This document shows, one piece after another, positions 17,520-42,814 of a stretch of 64,000 nucleotides of DNA. Position numbers and translations under genes: made by a program. Source of the DNA: the human T2T-CHM13v2.0 reference genome, Homo sapiens; the NCBI RefSeq assembly GCF_009914755.1, contig NC_060932.1; one strand, 5' to 3'. Numbering within the stretch: the stretch's first letter is position 1; every line of letters begins with the position of its first letter. The notes under the pieces are model-generated. The model was not told where the DNA came from. It saw nothing but the letters and a program-made list of their open reading frames with translations, and did no database searches.

Positions 17520-18459
17520 GTCTGCAGGCTCTCGGGCCGCCCTCCCTCCTAGGGGAGGAGCGTGCACACGCGTCCCCTCCCGCGCTGGTGCGTGAAGGTG
17601 GAAGGAGGTAGGGTGCGCCACCCTGTGCTGGCGTTAAACCTACAGATCGGAATAGGGAAAACGAGCTCTGGACCCCTCGCCCGCCAGGGTAGTACAGCTG
17701 CCACCCGGCCCCCAACCTGGGGCCACATCTGGAGCTTGTTCTGAAAGGTGCCCCGGCGTGCGGCCCCGCTCTGGACAGGCGGAGAGCTGCGCTGCCACCC
17801 CAGCCCCGACGGGATCACGGCGCTCTGCTCCGGAACGAAGCGCCCCAGCTGCGCCCTTCGCCAAGTCAGCGCCCACCGCCGCTTCGGCCGAGCAGGCCGG
17901 CTCTAATGCAGTCGCTCTGGGCGCCCCAAAGAGAAAGCGAAGCCAGTTCCACCCCTGCCCAAGGAGGGTCTGAGACTGAGCCCTTGACACGAGAACAGTC
18001 CTCCCCGTTCAGATTCCAGCAGCTGGCATGCAAATTGTTAATGCTAGAGGCAGAGGCAAGAATGTCATAGACCTTTCCTAGTGGTTGCTTGTGATTTTTT
18101 TGTCTCTGTGCTAAAGCGGGAAGAATAATTTGATTGTCCACGATTTCCCCTGATCCAGGTCCTAGGCATCTTTCAAGGCCCAGGTGAAAGGTCTCCTACT
18201 TCATTAAGCTGTCCCTAATCTCTTCTAAGGGAGGAGATCTCTGCTTTATCTGAACCTGTCTAATGACGCTTAGGCACCCTTAGAGAATAAATCCACTTAA
18301 TAAATCTGCTGGAGCGTAATCAAGATCTAAATCCCATCCTTATCATAAACAGTGCTGCACTCAGCCCGGAAACTTGTAGGTAGTAAATGTGCTACATGTA
18401 AGTAGAATATTAAACTGAATAATGGAGGATTGTTACCACTAAAGCCTCCTACTTCTCTA

Positions 18460-18940
18460 ACTCTGGTTCTCAAAGTGTGTCCCAGAGCTTTTTAGACGTG
18501 AGAAATAGCGGACCCCACTTCACACCTCCTGAATCAGAACGTAGACATTGGACCCAGTCATGTGGGTTTTAACAAGCCCTCCAGTAATAACACACACGAA
18601 AGCTTGAGAAACACTGATGTCTCTTAAACATTGAAAGGAATCGCTTCTTTTTTAAATTCCAAGGTGATGCCTCTGTGATGTAATAACAACAATTAAGAAT
18701 GCTCTCTGTGGAAATGAAAGCTTTTTGAGTGCATAAAGTATATCTTCCTTGTCTTTGAAACCCCCTTCATTCCCTAGTGTGCACTGGAATCCTCTGCAGA
18801 GCTATTTCAGTCTCAGGCTCATGGGAGTACCACCCCATCCCCCCCACAATTTCCTACCCCCAAGATATTCTGATTCACTGGGGTGGATCACAGGCCCCAG
18901 ACCTGGGAAGTGAGGTTTGAAAAAAGTTCTTCAGTAAGAA
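18460..18940. mobile_element. MER5-type fragments (18460-18616 and ~18800-18940)
   Basis: 'ggttctcaaagtgtg...gaatcagaa...ttttaacaagccctccag...ttgagaaacactg'. Confidence 0.6.
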
Positions 18941-19049
18941 CCCATTCCCAACCACCTCCAGAATAGTAGTTTAGTGTGTAGCCTCCAGAGACAGACTGTG
19001 GAAAGTTCGATCCCTGGATCAACCGTCTCCTAACTATGTGTTAGTATTA

Positions 19050-20940
19050 GATTGTTATAGTAGTGATCCCCAATGAACTACACCTTCTATTATCCGCTCC
19101 GTTGTGTGGTCCACCTCTACATTGACTGTGGGCTTGGCTATTTGACTTGTTTTGGTCAATAAATAGGAGGACATCATAAACGTGATATGATACATGTTTG
19201 CTCATTGGGGGTTGCTGTAATGCTTTTGCTATATTACTATAGAATATTTAATTCTATTATAAAACAAGAGAAACTAAAATGTAGAAGCAAGTCACTTATG
19301 AGAAAGGTTACACATAGAATGAATGGATATGGGTTGAACATAGATAAAAAGGATGGAACAAATGAAAATGCTGCTTTAGATAGAGGCAGAAAGACAAAGT
19401 GGACTTTTAAGTATTAATAAGGTACAGATCATACTATCTTCAGATTTACAGCCATGTCATCCCTAAATTGCACACCTACTGGTAACACCCATTGTAACGC
19501 TATTATGGCCTCATGTAATCTCTTCCCAAGAAAAGCAGATAAACCCCCAGCTACAAAGCCAACTAATGCCAGCTACCATTATAACCAGACACACTTGCCC
19601 CTCAGCTCTGTAACAGAACAGACATATGTTGAGCCCAGGCCCCTTCAGTCTGTTGAGTCACCTTACTTACTCTCCAGTCTGGTCCTTGTAGCCACACTAT
19701 GTGCTGAGAAGACTGGATGGTGGAGAGGGATAAGACATGAGAACATTGCATAAAACAGAATTTAGGTGCTATGGTCCTTCAGCCTATCCTAAGCTTATTA
19801 ATCTACCCTATCTCTTTCCCCTTGCTTCTCACTCTGTTTTATGTTGGTTGGTAAACTCTTCTGGTTATTATTGCTGCTCTTTGGGTAGACACATTATGCC
19901 AAAACTTAGTAGTTTAATTAGCCAATTTATTTTGCTCTTAATTTTGAGGCTCAGAAATTGGGGAAGAACTTACTTGGACAGTTATTTTATTGGAGTCGTT
20001 TATGTAGTATCAATCAGATTTCAACACAACTGCTGTCATTTGAAAGTTCAGCTGGGCTGAATAGCTAAGATGGCTCACTCACATGGCTGACTGGTAGCTC
20101 AAATGGGGCTGAGAACCAGAGCACTTTCACACAGCCACTCCAGCATGGTGATCTTCTCACCAGGCAGCTGGCTTTCCCCAGAGTGAATGTCTAAAAAGAA
20201 GCAGGCTTGTGGCGTTTTCTGACCTATCCTTGGAAGTCACACAGTATCACTTCCACTGTATTCTACTGGCTATAAGCCAACCCCTAGGGCCAGCCCCTAT
20301 TCAAGGGAAAGGGATATAAACCCCACATCTTAATAGGAGTAATGCCAAAACCTTTGAGGATACGTTTTAGAACCACCAGATAATGTGATTTAAGCTTCTT
20401 AATTTGGCCTATAAGCCTATCTATTTCGTGACCTGTAGGTGTATACATGGAGGCTGCCATTGCATCAAGGTAATTTTCCACATGGAAAAATTGCCTCGAA
20501 GACATTTACCTTTTGGAATCCAGCTGCTGCATAAAGAAGTCTGATGTATCCTGCTGGAAAGACCAAATGGAGGAGGAGGCCGTAGCCAACAGCCCCAGCT
20601 AACTGCCAAACATGCATGACAGCATCTTGGACCATCCAGGCTCAATTGAGCCCCAGATGACAGCATTGGGGTTGAGAGCACTAGCTCTAGACTCAGACTG
20701 CCTGGATTTGAGTCCTTATACTGTCATTTCTTAGCTGTGTAACCTTGAGCTGATCAACCTTTCCGTGGTTGCCCATCTGTTTAATGGGAATAAGAACATG
20801 TTCAGTTTGCTCACCTGTTAAATATAGATAAGGGCATCTGCTTTGTAATGTTATAGTGAAACCAAATAATACATGTAAAGCATTTCAAACAGCACCTGAC
20901 ACATGACAAGCATGCAATAAATACTAGCTATTATTATCTA
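19050..20940. mobile_element. Degraded MLT1 LTR fragments and a MIR (~20670-20940)
   Basis: MLT1-like 'aagatggctcactcacatggctg' and MIR core 'ctgtgtaaccttgagc'. Confidence 0.5.
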
Positions 20941-21796
20941 AATGCCCACGGACCTCTCAAATCTCTACGATTATGTCTTTGGACCCTCATTTGAGAAATG
21001 CCCACCTAGCTATCTGTCATTTAATACATGGATGTGTATTAACTGGATCCCCTAACCACTTACTTCTCTGAACACCTGAATATCCTAAATATGAATGGAT
21101 GAAGGATCTAGGGAGGGAGATAATTTGGGGATCGTTTATGGGGCTGTGGAGCAGGTCTAGATGCAGGTGGCAAAGGGGAGTTTCCGAAGAAATATGATGG
21201 TGCTGAAGAGGAAATGCTAGCAGGCTGGAGGGGCTACAGAAATGGAAGATAGAAGGAAGGAAAGCCCAGAAGGCAAACTTGGCCTGAGTTCAGCCCAGCC
21301 TGTTCTTCGCTTTTAAAGAGGACAACTGTCATACCTCGGTTAACAATCACAGTTTCCTCCTCATGAAAAATTGCTGCTGAATCATCAGTCCATGGTAAGC
21401 TGCATCATATAAATACGCTCCAGAGTTCCTGGCTTCCCTGTTGCTGGCAGGGCACACAGCTGTTTGCTGCCTGCCATTGATGAAACTTTATACACCCAGC
21501 TATTCTGCTTTAAAATTCTTGAAATTGTTGCTTTACCTAGTGGACCCTTTAATCATTTCTTCTGCCCATATTTTTGCAATTTCCTCATTGCACTTCTCAT
21601 CCATCAAGCTCCTGCCTTAGTATTCTGACCCCTGGAAGGCCTCTGCCCCATCACAGTGGTGGTGAATAAATTGTTTCTTCACAATGGAAACCACAAAGTC
21701 TTATTAGAACAATTAAAGAAGACTTAAATAAGTGGAGAGAAATACCAATTCAAGATTGAAAAACTCAGTAGTATAAGATGTCAATTCTCCCTAAAT

Positions 21797-22311
21797 GCAT
21801 TTGTCAGGGTTCTCCAGAGAAACACAACCAATAGGATATAGAAATATATACAGAATGAAATTAATTATGAGGAATTGGCTGGTATGGTTATGGAGGCTGA
21901 GAAGTTTCATTATCTGCTGTCTGCAAGCTGAAGGCCCAGGAAAGCTGGTGGTATAATTTAGTCCAATTCTGATAGCCTGAGAACCAGGGGGTCACAAGTG
22001 TAAGTCCCAGTCCAAGTCTGAAGGCCTGAGAACCAGGAGCACCAATGTCCGAGAGCTGGAGGAGACAGATGCCTCAGCTCAGGCAGAGGTAGTATTTTTA
22101 CCCTTCTTCTGCCTTTTTGTTCTATTTCAGCCTTCTGTGTATTAGATGATGCCCACTCACATTGGTGAATGTGAACTTCTTTACTCAGTCTACCAGTTCA
22201 GATGCTGATCTCCTCCAGAAATACCCTCGCCAACATACCCAGAAATAATATTTTACCAGTTACCTGGGCATCCCTTGGCCCAGTCAAGTTGACATAAAAT
22301 TAATCATCACA
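21797..22311 (-). mobile_element. MLT2 (ERVL) LTR inside an old L1M fragment
   Basis: 'gtcagggttctccagagaaacac...aagttgacataaaattaatcatcaca'. Confidence 0.75.
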
Positions 22312-23370
22312 CCAAATTAATCTATAAATTCAGTGTTTGATCCCAGTCAAAATCCCAGCTGGGTTTGTGTGTCTATATGTGTGTGTGTGGAAATTGTCAA
22401 ACTGATATGAAAATTCACATTGAAATACAAATAGATATAGCATACCAGAAAGAGGATTGATCCCCTGAGCTTGAATCCTAACTCTAACACCTACCAGCTG
22501 TATCAATTCGGACATGTTGCTTATCAATCTAAGCCTTTGTTTTTTTTGTTTGTTTGTTTTTGTTTTGTTTTGATTTTTATGAAAATCTACCTCACAGAAT
22601 CATAAGGGTAAAATGAGACAATGTATGTTTAAAAAAAGAAAGACACAGTACCTAACATGTAGTAGATGTTCAACAAATGATAGGTAGCATTAAAAGGCCT
22701 CAAGATGTAAAAACTAGTGTTAGCAATAGACCGTATATCTAGAAGTGTCAGAGACTAATTCAACTTTAAAGCTAAAAGAAAGAGAACACAACTAGGATCT
22801 CTGTTTTCTCAGCTTTCCTTCACTCAACAACCCCTTACATTCTAGCTGTCCAGGTTTCAAAGGAAGAAGTTTGGATACATAAATTTGGGAGTCATCAGCA
22901 TCCAGGTATCATTTAAAGCTATAAGCTGATCAGGTTGCCATTGGGGTAAAGATAGAGATGAGCAGAGAGTCTGGTCCTGACCCTGGGACTCCTCATCAGT
23001 GAGAACTTGTAAGAGGCACATGAGGCAACAAGGTAGAAGGAAAACTGGAGACTGCTGAGGTTTATGGCCTGAAACTATGTTCACCTAATGTAAGACTGGT
23101 CATTTTTGTTGTTGGAAACTTGAATGATTTTTGTAACCTTCTCCTTTGCATTTGTCTCTCTTGCTTGAATTGTTTATGATAAGTATACACAATTTAAACA
23201 GAAACAAAGAAAGTAACTATGGAATTATTTTGGTCTAAAATACCTGAGAAATCCTAAATAAATCTCAAACAGACAATCTCCTCTTTTGAGTCCTTTGTAC
23301 TCCTCTACACCATTCATTCAATACGGCTTTTCATCATCACCACTGGGGCACTTCATTTCTAAAGATTTTA

Positions 23371-23767
<397 letters not shown>

Positions 23768-24174
23768 TCACTTGGAAACTCAAAACTTCTGTGCTTAATT
23801 TCATACTCTATGAGGCTCATGTTTATCTGCCTATAATATCACATTTATATGCAACACCTACAATAACACACCTATATGCAACAAGTCTTTATTCCACACC
23901 CAACATAAAAAGTGCATACGTGCACAAATACACAGAGAGACACACATACACACACATACACATGCATGTACAGGCACAAACACACAAACAACTACCTGAC
24001 TCTTCAAGGCACTATTTTGTAACTTTTTCCCCTTCCATGTTGACCTTTGCCTTTGAGGTTGGGGAAGGGTCTTGATTAAAGTAAATATAAGCATAGACAT
24101 AAAATGCCCTCTCTTCAAACTTTAAAGTCAAATTCTTAGTGAGGCTTTGAAATATTTAGATGCTGCAATAACTA

Positions 24175-25160
24175 TTTTTTTAATTTTTAATTTTCATGGG
24201 TACATAGCAGGTGTATGTATTTATGGGGTACATGAGATGTTTTGAAACAGGCATGCCATGCTTAATAATCGCATCATGGAAAATGGGGTATGAATCCCTT
24301 CAAGCATTTATCCTTTGTGCTATAAATGATCTAATTTTACTCTTTTATTTATTTTAAAATGTACAATTAAATTATTATTGACTATAGTCCCCCTGTTTTG
24401 TTATCAAATATTAGGTCTTATTCATTCTTTTGAACTATTTTTTTTGTACCCATTAACCATCACTGCCTCCCCTACACACACCCACACTACCCTTCCTAGC
24501 CTCTGGTAACCACCCTTCTACTCTCTATGTCCTGGATTTCAATTGTTTGATTTTTAGATCCCATAAATAAGTGAGAACATGCAATGATTGTCTTTTTGTG
24601 CCTGGTTAATCTCACATTATGTTAATAACATAATGACCTCCAGTTCCATTATTGCAAATGACATGATTTCATTCTTTTTTATGGCTGAATAGTACTCCAT
24701 TGTGTATAAGTACCACATTTTCTTTACCCATTCATCTGTTGATGGACACTTAGGTTGCTTCCAGATCTTGGCTATTGTGAATAGTGCTGCAATAAACATG
24801 GGAGTGCAGATATCTCTTCAATATACTGATTTCATTTCTTTTGGTTATATACTCAGCAGTGGGATTGCTAGATCATATGGTAGCTCTATTTTTAGTTTCT
24901 TGAGGAACCTCTAAACTTTTCTTCATAGTGGTTGTACTAATTTCCATTCCCATCAACAGTGTACAAGGGTTCCCTTTTCTCCATATTCTTGCAAGCACGT
25001 GTTATTGCCTGTCTTTTGGATATAAGCCATTTTAACTGGAATGAGATGATATCTCATTGTACTTTTGATTTGCAATTCTCTGATGATCAGTGATGTTGAA
25101 CCTTTTCATATGCCTGTTTGCCATTTGTAGGTCTCCTTTTGAGAAATGTTGCAAGAACTA
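24175..25160 (-). mobile_element. L1MA-type 3' end (ORF2 C-terminus and 3' UTR)
   Basis: Minus-strand [27 protein letters not shown]2 tail; L1 3' UTR and poly-T. Confidence 0.8.
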
Positions 25161-25804
25161 TTTTTGAGAAACGGCTCCAGCTTTTGAGCCCAGGAGAAAG
25201 GTCAGTGTTTGAAAGACGTTCACTGTTCCTGTTTGTGTTCAAGGGAAAATAAGGTGTCGATACAGATATGCTGAACACCTTTTCCAAGATACTTATCAAA
25301 TCATCTTCTAAAACATATCTCAATTCAACACATTGACACCCACTCTGTACTGGCTATCACGCTAGGTACTAGGAGCATACAAATAGATACTTTGTTTAAA
25401 GCCAAATTTTCTGTTTAAGGTCTAATATTTTAAATGTTATGAATTACTGCTATTCAATAGTGTCCAATTCTCCGGGTCCAAGGGAACTGTTCTTCCTTGA
25501 ACCCTTGAAGTTAGAGGTGATCTTGTGGCTTGCTTTGGACAATGAATAGAGACCTGACATATTTCACTTCTGAATATCTGTGCTCAACTATGCAGCTCTC
25601 TCATCTCCTACCATGGTGAGATTCACAACATGTGCTGAAATTGATGTTCCGTGAAATTGATGAGACCTGGAATAGATAGCCAATATAGGACAGCTTCCCT
25701 GGGGATTTTCCTCAACCCACGGCAGACTTTTCAAGACAGAGAAATAAACTCTTATGTATTATCAGTGTGATTTTGGGATTGCTTCTTACTGCATCAAAAC
25801 CTCA

Positions 25805-26357
<553 letters not shown>

Positions 26358-26875
26358 TTATTCCTGCTATTTCCTTTACCTAAACGGAGGACCTATTTTG
26401 GCACTAGGATGTTTGTCTGACCTGATTAGGATACAGAGAGACAGGATCCTGTTTTCCTCTATCTGGTTTCTGAGTTTTATGTGAGTCTGGAGCCACAGAC
26501 ATAGATTTTCAAGTCAACATTATTAAGGAAGTTATTAAATCCAAACAAGTGGATGTTATTGTCTATGACAAATGTGTCAATGAAAGCATAACGGACTTAA
26601 GGCAGAGACCTGGGGAACAACAACATTTAAGGGATACACAGTGGAAGAAGAAAGAACCAAAGAAAGAAATGAGATGATACCTCAAGAGAAAAAAAAATTC
26701 TGTAGCCACAGAAGCCAAAGGATAATAACATTTCTAGAATTAGTAGTCTAGAGTTACAAAGGCAGCAGCAAAATCAAGTAAATTGAGGACAGAAAGTGCT
26801 CATTAGAAATGGTGGATTGAACACATATAATTATGACCATGCTGTTGGAAAATCACACTAGAAGGAATGTAAACG

Positions 26876-28983
26876 GTTATTATTATTATTATTGTACTTT
26901 AAGTTCTAGGGTACATGTGCACAACATGCAGGTTTGTTACATATGTATACATGTGCCATGTTGGTGTGCTGCACCCATTAACTCATCATTTATTTCTGCT
27001 AATACTATCCCTCCCCACTTCCCCCACCCCACGACAGGCCCTGGTGTGTGATGTTCCCCTCCCTGGGTCCAAGTGTTCTCACTGTTCAATTCCCACCTAT
27101 GAGTGAGAACAGGTGGTGTTTGGTTTTCTGTCCTTGCGATAGTTTGCTCAGAATGATGGTTTCCAACTTCATCCAGGTCTCTACAAAGGACATGAATTTA
27201 TCCTTCTTTATGGCTGCATAGTATTCCATGGTGTATATGTGCCATATTTTCTTAATCTAGTCTGTCATTGATGGACATTTAGATTGGTTCCAAGTCTTCG
27301 CTATTCTGAATAGTGCTGCGATAAACATATGTGTGCATGTGTTTTTATAGTAGCATGATTTATAATCCTTTGGGTATATACCCAGTAATGGGATGGCTGG
27401 GTCAAACGGTATATCTAGTTCTAGATCCTGGAGGAATCACCACACTGTCTTCCACAATGGTTGAACTAGTTTACAGTCCCAGCAACAGTGTAAAAGCATT
27501 CCTATTTCTCCACATCCTCTCCAGCACCTGTTGTTTCCTGACTTTTTAATGATCGCCATTCTAACTAGTGTGAGATGGTGTCTCATTGTGGTTTTGATTT
27601 GCATTTCTCGGATGACCAGTGATGATGAGCATTTTCTCATGTGTCTGTTGTTGACTGCATAAATGCCTTCTTTTGAGAAGTGTCTGTTCATATCCTTCAC
27701 CCACTTGTTGATGGGGTTGTTTGATTTTTTCTTGTAAACTTGTTTAAGTTCTTTGTAGATTCTGGATATTAGCCCTTTGTCAGATGAGCAGACTGCAAAC
27801 ATTTTATCCCATTCTGTAGGTTGCCTGTTCACTCTGATGGTAGTTTCTTTTGCTGTGCAGAAGCTGTTTAGTTTAATTAGATCCCATTTGTCAATTTTGG
27901 CTTTTGATGCCATTGCTTTTGGTGTTTTAGACATGAAGTCCTTGCCCATGGCTATGTTCTGAATGGTATTGCCTAGGTTTTCTTCTAGGGTTTTTATGGT
28001 TTTAGGTCTAACATTTAAGTCTTTAATCCATCTTGAATTAATTTTTGTATAAGGTGTAAGGAAGGGATCCAGTTTCAGCTTTCTACATATGGCTAGCCAG
28101 TTTTCCCAGCACCATTTATTAAATAGGGAATCATTTCCCCATTTCTTGTTTTTGTCAGATTTGTCAAAGATCAGATGGTTGTAGATGTGTGGTGTTATTT
28201 CTGAGGCCTCTGTTCTGTTCCATTGGTCTATATCACTGTTTTGGTACCAGTACCATACTGTTTTGGTTACTGTAGGCTTGTAGTATAGTTTGAAGTCAGG
28301 TAGCGTGATGCCTCCAGCTTTGTTCTTTTGGCTTAGGATTGTCTTGGCAATGAGGGCTCTTTTTTGATTCCATATGAACTTTAAAGTAGTTTTTTCCAAT
28401 TCTGTGAAGAAAGTCATTGGTAGCTTGATGGGGATGGCATTGAATCTATAAATTACCTTGGGCAGTATGGCCATTTTCACAATATTGATTCTTCCTATCC
28501 ATGAGCATGGGATGTTCTTCCATTTGTTTGTGTCCTCTTTTATTTTGTTGAGCAGTGGTTTGTAGTTCTCCTTGAAGAGGTCCTTCACATCCCTTGTAAG
28601 TTGGATTCCTAGGTATTTTATTCTCTTTCTAGCAATTGTGAGTGGGAGTTCACTCATGATTTGGCTCTCTGTTTGTCTGTTATTGGTGTATAGGAATGCT
28701 TGCCATTTTTGCACATTGATTTTGTATCTGAGACTTTGCTTAAGTTGCTTATCAGCTTAAGGAGACTTTGGGCTGAGATGATGGGGTTTTCTAAATATAC
28801 AATCATGTCATCTGCAAACAGGGACAATTTGACTTCCTCTTTTCCTAATTGAATACCCTTTATTTCTTTCTCTTGCCTGATTGTCCTGGACAGAACTTCC
28901 AATACTATGTTGCATAGGAGTGGTGAGAGAAGGCATCCCTGTCTTGTGCCAGTTTTCAAAGGGAATGCTTCCAGTTTTTGCCC
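26876..28983 (-). mobile_element. 5'-truncated L1PA (about PA5-7), copy A; ORF2 C-terminal 425-aa open stretch 27437-28714
   Basis: ORF2 peptides ([14 protein letters not shown] zinc knuckle), L1PA 3' UTR, (TTA)n tail; degenerate TSD gtaaacggtt/gtaagtggat. Confidence 0.92.
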
Positions 28984-29246
28984 GTAAGTGGATTTTTAAA
29001 AGACATAGCCTCACAAGCCCAGAGTTAACGAGAGAAGAAATGACAGTAACACATTAACATAAGATGGAAAGCAGATGAAAGAGTGGTCATTAACCTACTG
29101 GACCAGAGAATGGTGAAAATTAAGCTGGAATGGAACAACTTAGAAGAAGGTTAATTCAAGCAAAGCCTCAAAACACTGCAGGAATTGGAGGCACCAGGTA
29201 CCTCTGAAAGTAGAGATACAATTAACCTAAAAACAAAAGAACTATG

Positions 29247-31000
<1,754 letters not shown>

Positions 31001-31246
31001 AAGAATATGACAGTCAAAATAAAAAAATGTAGAAAAATGATTAAGATAACATTGAGAAAAAATTCTTTAAAGTAGATAATAGATAATGAAAGGAATAGAA
31101 AATGGAAAATAAACGACAAAATCAGAGAATTAGGTCAGGAAGTACAGGATAGTTAAGGAAGATATAACAGTTTTGAAAATGTAAGGGAGAAAATTGTCAA
31201 AGAAATATTTGAAGGAAAGTTCCCCAAAGTGGAGGTCATTTGTTCT

Positions 31247-31671
31247 TGTTGTGCAGTGTACAGGCCTATGTAAACCTAACCCTAAAGTCCGAAGAAGGTG
31301 AGAGGCCAAAGAAAGAGGCTGACAAACCCAGTTTCTTATGAAGAAATCATTTAATAGAGACTTACAAACAGAAGCAATGTCTGTGTCTCAGGCAACTGCA
31401 AGATGAGATGGTGGATCCCCATACCATTAACCCCAAGACCCAGGGCTTATGTACCCTAGGGGAGAGGTTGTTCAGAAGGGATGTTTAGAACAATTGTAGT
31501 ATGATAACATCAAGATTGTTTGACCTAGGGGCAGGATTTATAATAAGTACCTGCTCTTACACAAGGAACAATAGATAAATTGGAAATCTTAGATGCTTTC
31601 TTGGAATAGGGGCTAATTAGAGGCCAACATGATGGATTAACTTCCAAGATGGAGTTCCTTTAGCCTCCACA
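31247..31671 (-). mobile_element. Solo LTR (LTR47-like)
   Basis: Minus strand begins TGTGGAGGCTAAAGGAACTCCATCTTGGAAG; TG...CA ends; flanks gttct/gttcc. Confidence 0.6.
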
Positions 31672-33079
31672 GTTCCCAGATTGAGAAGGTCTGCTATGGG
31701 CTCAGAAAACTGGATGAAAAAAGAGAAAACCCACTCTAAGTCATGTCATCATGACATTTCAGATTACTAGGGACAAAGAGAAGATACTAAGTGTCTAGCA
31801 GCAAAGTCAATGGTGGAAGGCAGATAACTATCAAGGAAAGTTCAAGTAAAAAGGTTCCCCTTTTAGAATGGTTTCGGACATCTCAACAGCAATGCTAGAA
31901 GCCAGAACACAATGGAACTTATTTCCAATCTAGAATTCTATACCCAGCAATCTAGTGTGAGAGCTGATTACAACTTTTTCACATGTCAGAGACTCAAAAT
32001 ATTTATATCTCATGCTTCATATCAGGAAGAACCTGGAAGATGTGCTCCATCAAATTGAAGGAATAAACCAAGAGATTCAGGAAATGAGATCTAAGACAGT
32101 AGTGAGGAAAAAAGAATGGATGACAAAGGGAAATTATAGGGCGACAGGCCTAGGAAGCAACCGGGATATGTGGGACCAAGGCAAGGGGAAGTCTTGGGAG
32201 GTATGCCTCTAACAAAGAGATGGACTTAATCAGCTTATCTGATATGTTTGAAAATATTGAATGGAGAGTTATACTCCGTGGGAGTTTGGAGATGAATTAG
32301 TAACAGGTTCCTAGAAAACTTGCCAAACAAAAACTGAGGCAATTTTTAACTCTACTAATAAAAATTCCATTAGAGAAGAAATACAATACATTAAAAGGTG
32401 ACAGGTAAGCAGTATTTACAGTAGCATAATAACACAGAATGTTGATTTAACCTAAAATTATGATATATCTAAACTGAGCAGACTGGGGAGAGGAAGTATT
32501 AGCCTGCTCAGTCTGCTATAATAAAATACCATAGTCTTGGTGGCTTAAGCAACAGGAAGTTATTTACCTGAGTTCTGGAGGCTGTAATGTCCAAGATCAA
32601 GGTGCTGTCAAGGTAGGTTTTATTCTGACACCTCTTCTCTTAGCTTATAGACAGCCATCATCTCTCCATGTATTCAAATGGACTTTTTTTTTGTGTGCAT
32701 GTAAACAGGGGGAAGTGGTAAGGAGCAAGGAAGCTCTCTGTTATCTCTTCTTTTTGCTGTAGCAAATAACTTAATCTTTAATGGCATATTCCATGAACAA
32801 CCCCAAAACTATATGGATTAAAATACAGCATTACTTTATATCACACTACAAAGCAAACACCATACCTTGTAAGTTAAATTGATAGTAAGATGGTTTCTAA
32901 ATTAAGTGATAGGAAACTGTGAAAAAAATGTAATACAAGAATTTATCAAATATCCAAAGTCACTTTTCTTTTTTATATCTTCTGGACTTCTTTTTCCAGT
33001 GAGCTTGTGGATTCTGTGAGTATAGATCATGATATACACTTCTATAAACACTATCGGGCCTATCTTTTTAAAACATTAT

Positions 33080-41220
<8,141 letters not shown>

Positions 41221-41229
41221 CTGTTATCT

Positions 41230-41530
<301 letters not shown>

Positions 41531-41699
41531 CTGTTCTCTCTTCTCACAAGGACCCTAATGCCATCAGACCAGGGCCCCACCTTCCTGACTTCACCTAAAC
41601 CTAGTTACCTCACCAAAGCCCCATCTCCAAATACCATCACATTGAGGGCTAGGGCTTCAACATATGAGTTCAGGGGTACCCATTCGGTTCATAACAGGA

Positions 41700-41702
<3 letters not shown>

Positions 41703-41737
<35 letters not shown>
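41703..41737. repeat. (GT)17 microsatellite
   Basis: Read directly. Confidence 0.95.
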
Positions 41738-41738
<1 letters not shown>

Positions 41739-42607
41739 CCCATATATATGTTGTGTAGCAAGGAAGCAAGAGTAGTTTAACTCCTTCTCTTCCATATCTT
41801 CCATAGTGAGCTATACCAGTGAAGGTCACAGCAGGACACCTATGGTGGTATACCCTAACTAGGATCATTTGAACAGGGGTTATTTTCAAAAGGACCATTT
41901 ACAAAGGTATGGGTGTAGGGTGTAGAGGAGCCACAAGAGATAGCACAGTAACGCAGAGCTTAGTCGTAGTTGTGCTGCTACCAACCCTGGGCTCAAGGAG
42001 GTAAGAGGAGTGCATGGTGGGTATTTACAGTGTAATTAAAGGTTAAGAGCAGAGACATCAGAGACAGAATAACCTAGACTAACATTTTGCCTCTGCCCCT
42101 CACTAGCTGCAGATTCTTGAACAGATTACTCTCTTTGGGCCTCAGTTTCCTTCTTGGCAAAATTTAGACAATAATGCTACCTACCTCCCAGGGCTGTTTA
42201 TATGTAGTCATGCATTGCCTAACAGTGGGGATATGTTCTGAGAAATGCATCATGAGATGATGTCATCATTGTGTGAACATCATAGAGGAGCTTACACAAA
42301 CCTAGATGTTATAGCCTACTACACACTTAGGCTATATGGTATAGCCTATTGTTTCTATGCTACAAATCTGTACAGCATGTTACTGTACTGAATACTGTAG
42401 GCAATTGTAACACAATGGAAAGTATTTGTATATCTAAACATAGAAAAGGTGCAGTAAAAATACAGTATAAAAGTTAAAAAATTATATACCTGTCCGGGCA
42501 CAGTGGCTCACACCTGTAATCCCAGCACTTTGGGAGGCCGAGGCAGTGGATCACCTGAGGTCAGGAGTTTGAGACCAGCCTGGCTAACATGGCAAAACCC
42601 TGTCTCA

Positions 42608-42814
<207 letters not shown>

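Larger units (their letters stand above)
16150..17970. promoter_or_regulatory. CpG island / TMEM65 promoter and 5' UTR
   Basis: Very GC- and CpG-rich against an AT-rich background. GC boxes GGGGCGGGGC (17451-17460) and GGGGGCGGGG (17481-17490); no TATA box. TSS inferred near 17440. Confidence 0.92.

Noticed and set aside
27437-28714. 425-aa ORF as a functional gene or active reverse transcriptase
   Set aside because: C-terminal part of L1 ORF2 in a 5'-truncated, frameshifted copy with no promoter, ORF1 or endonuclease.
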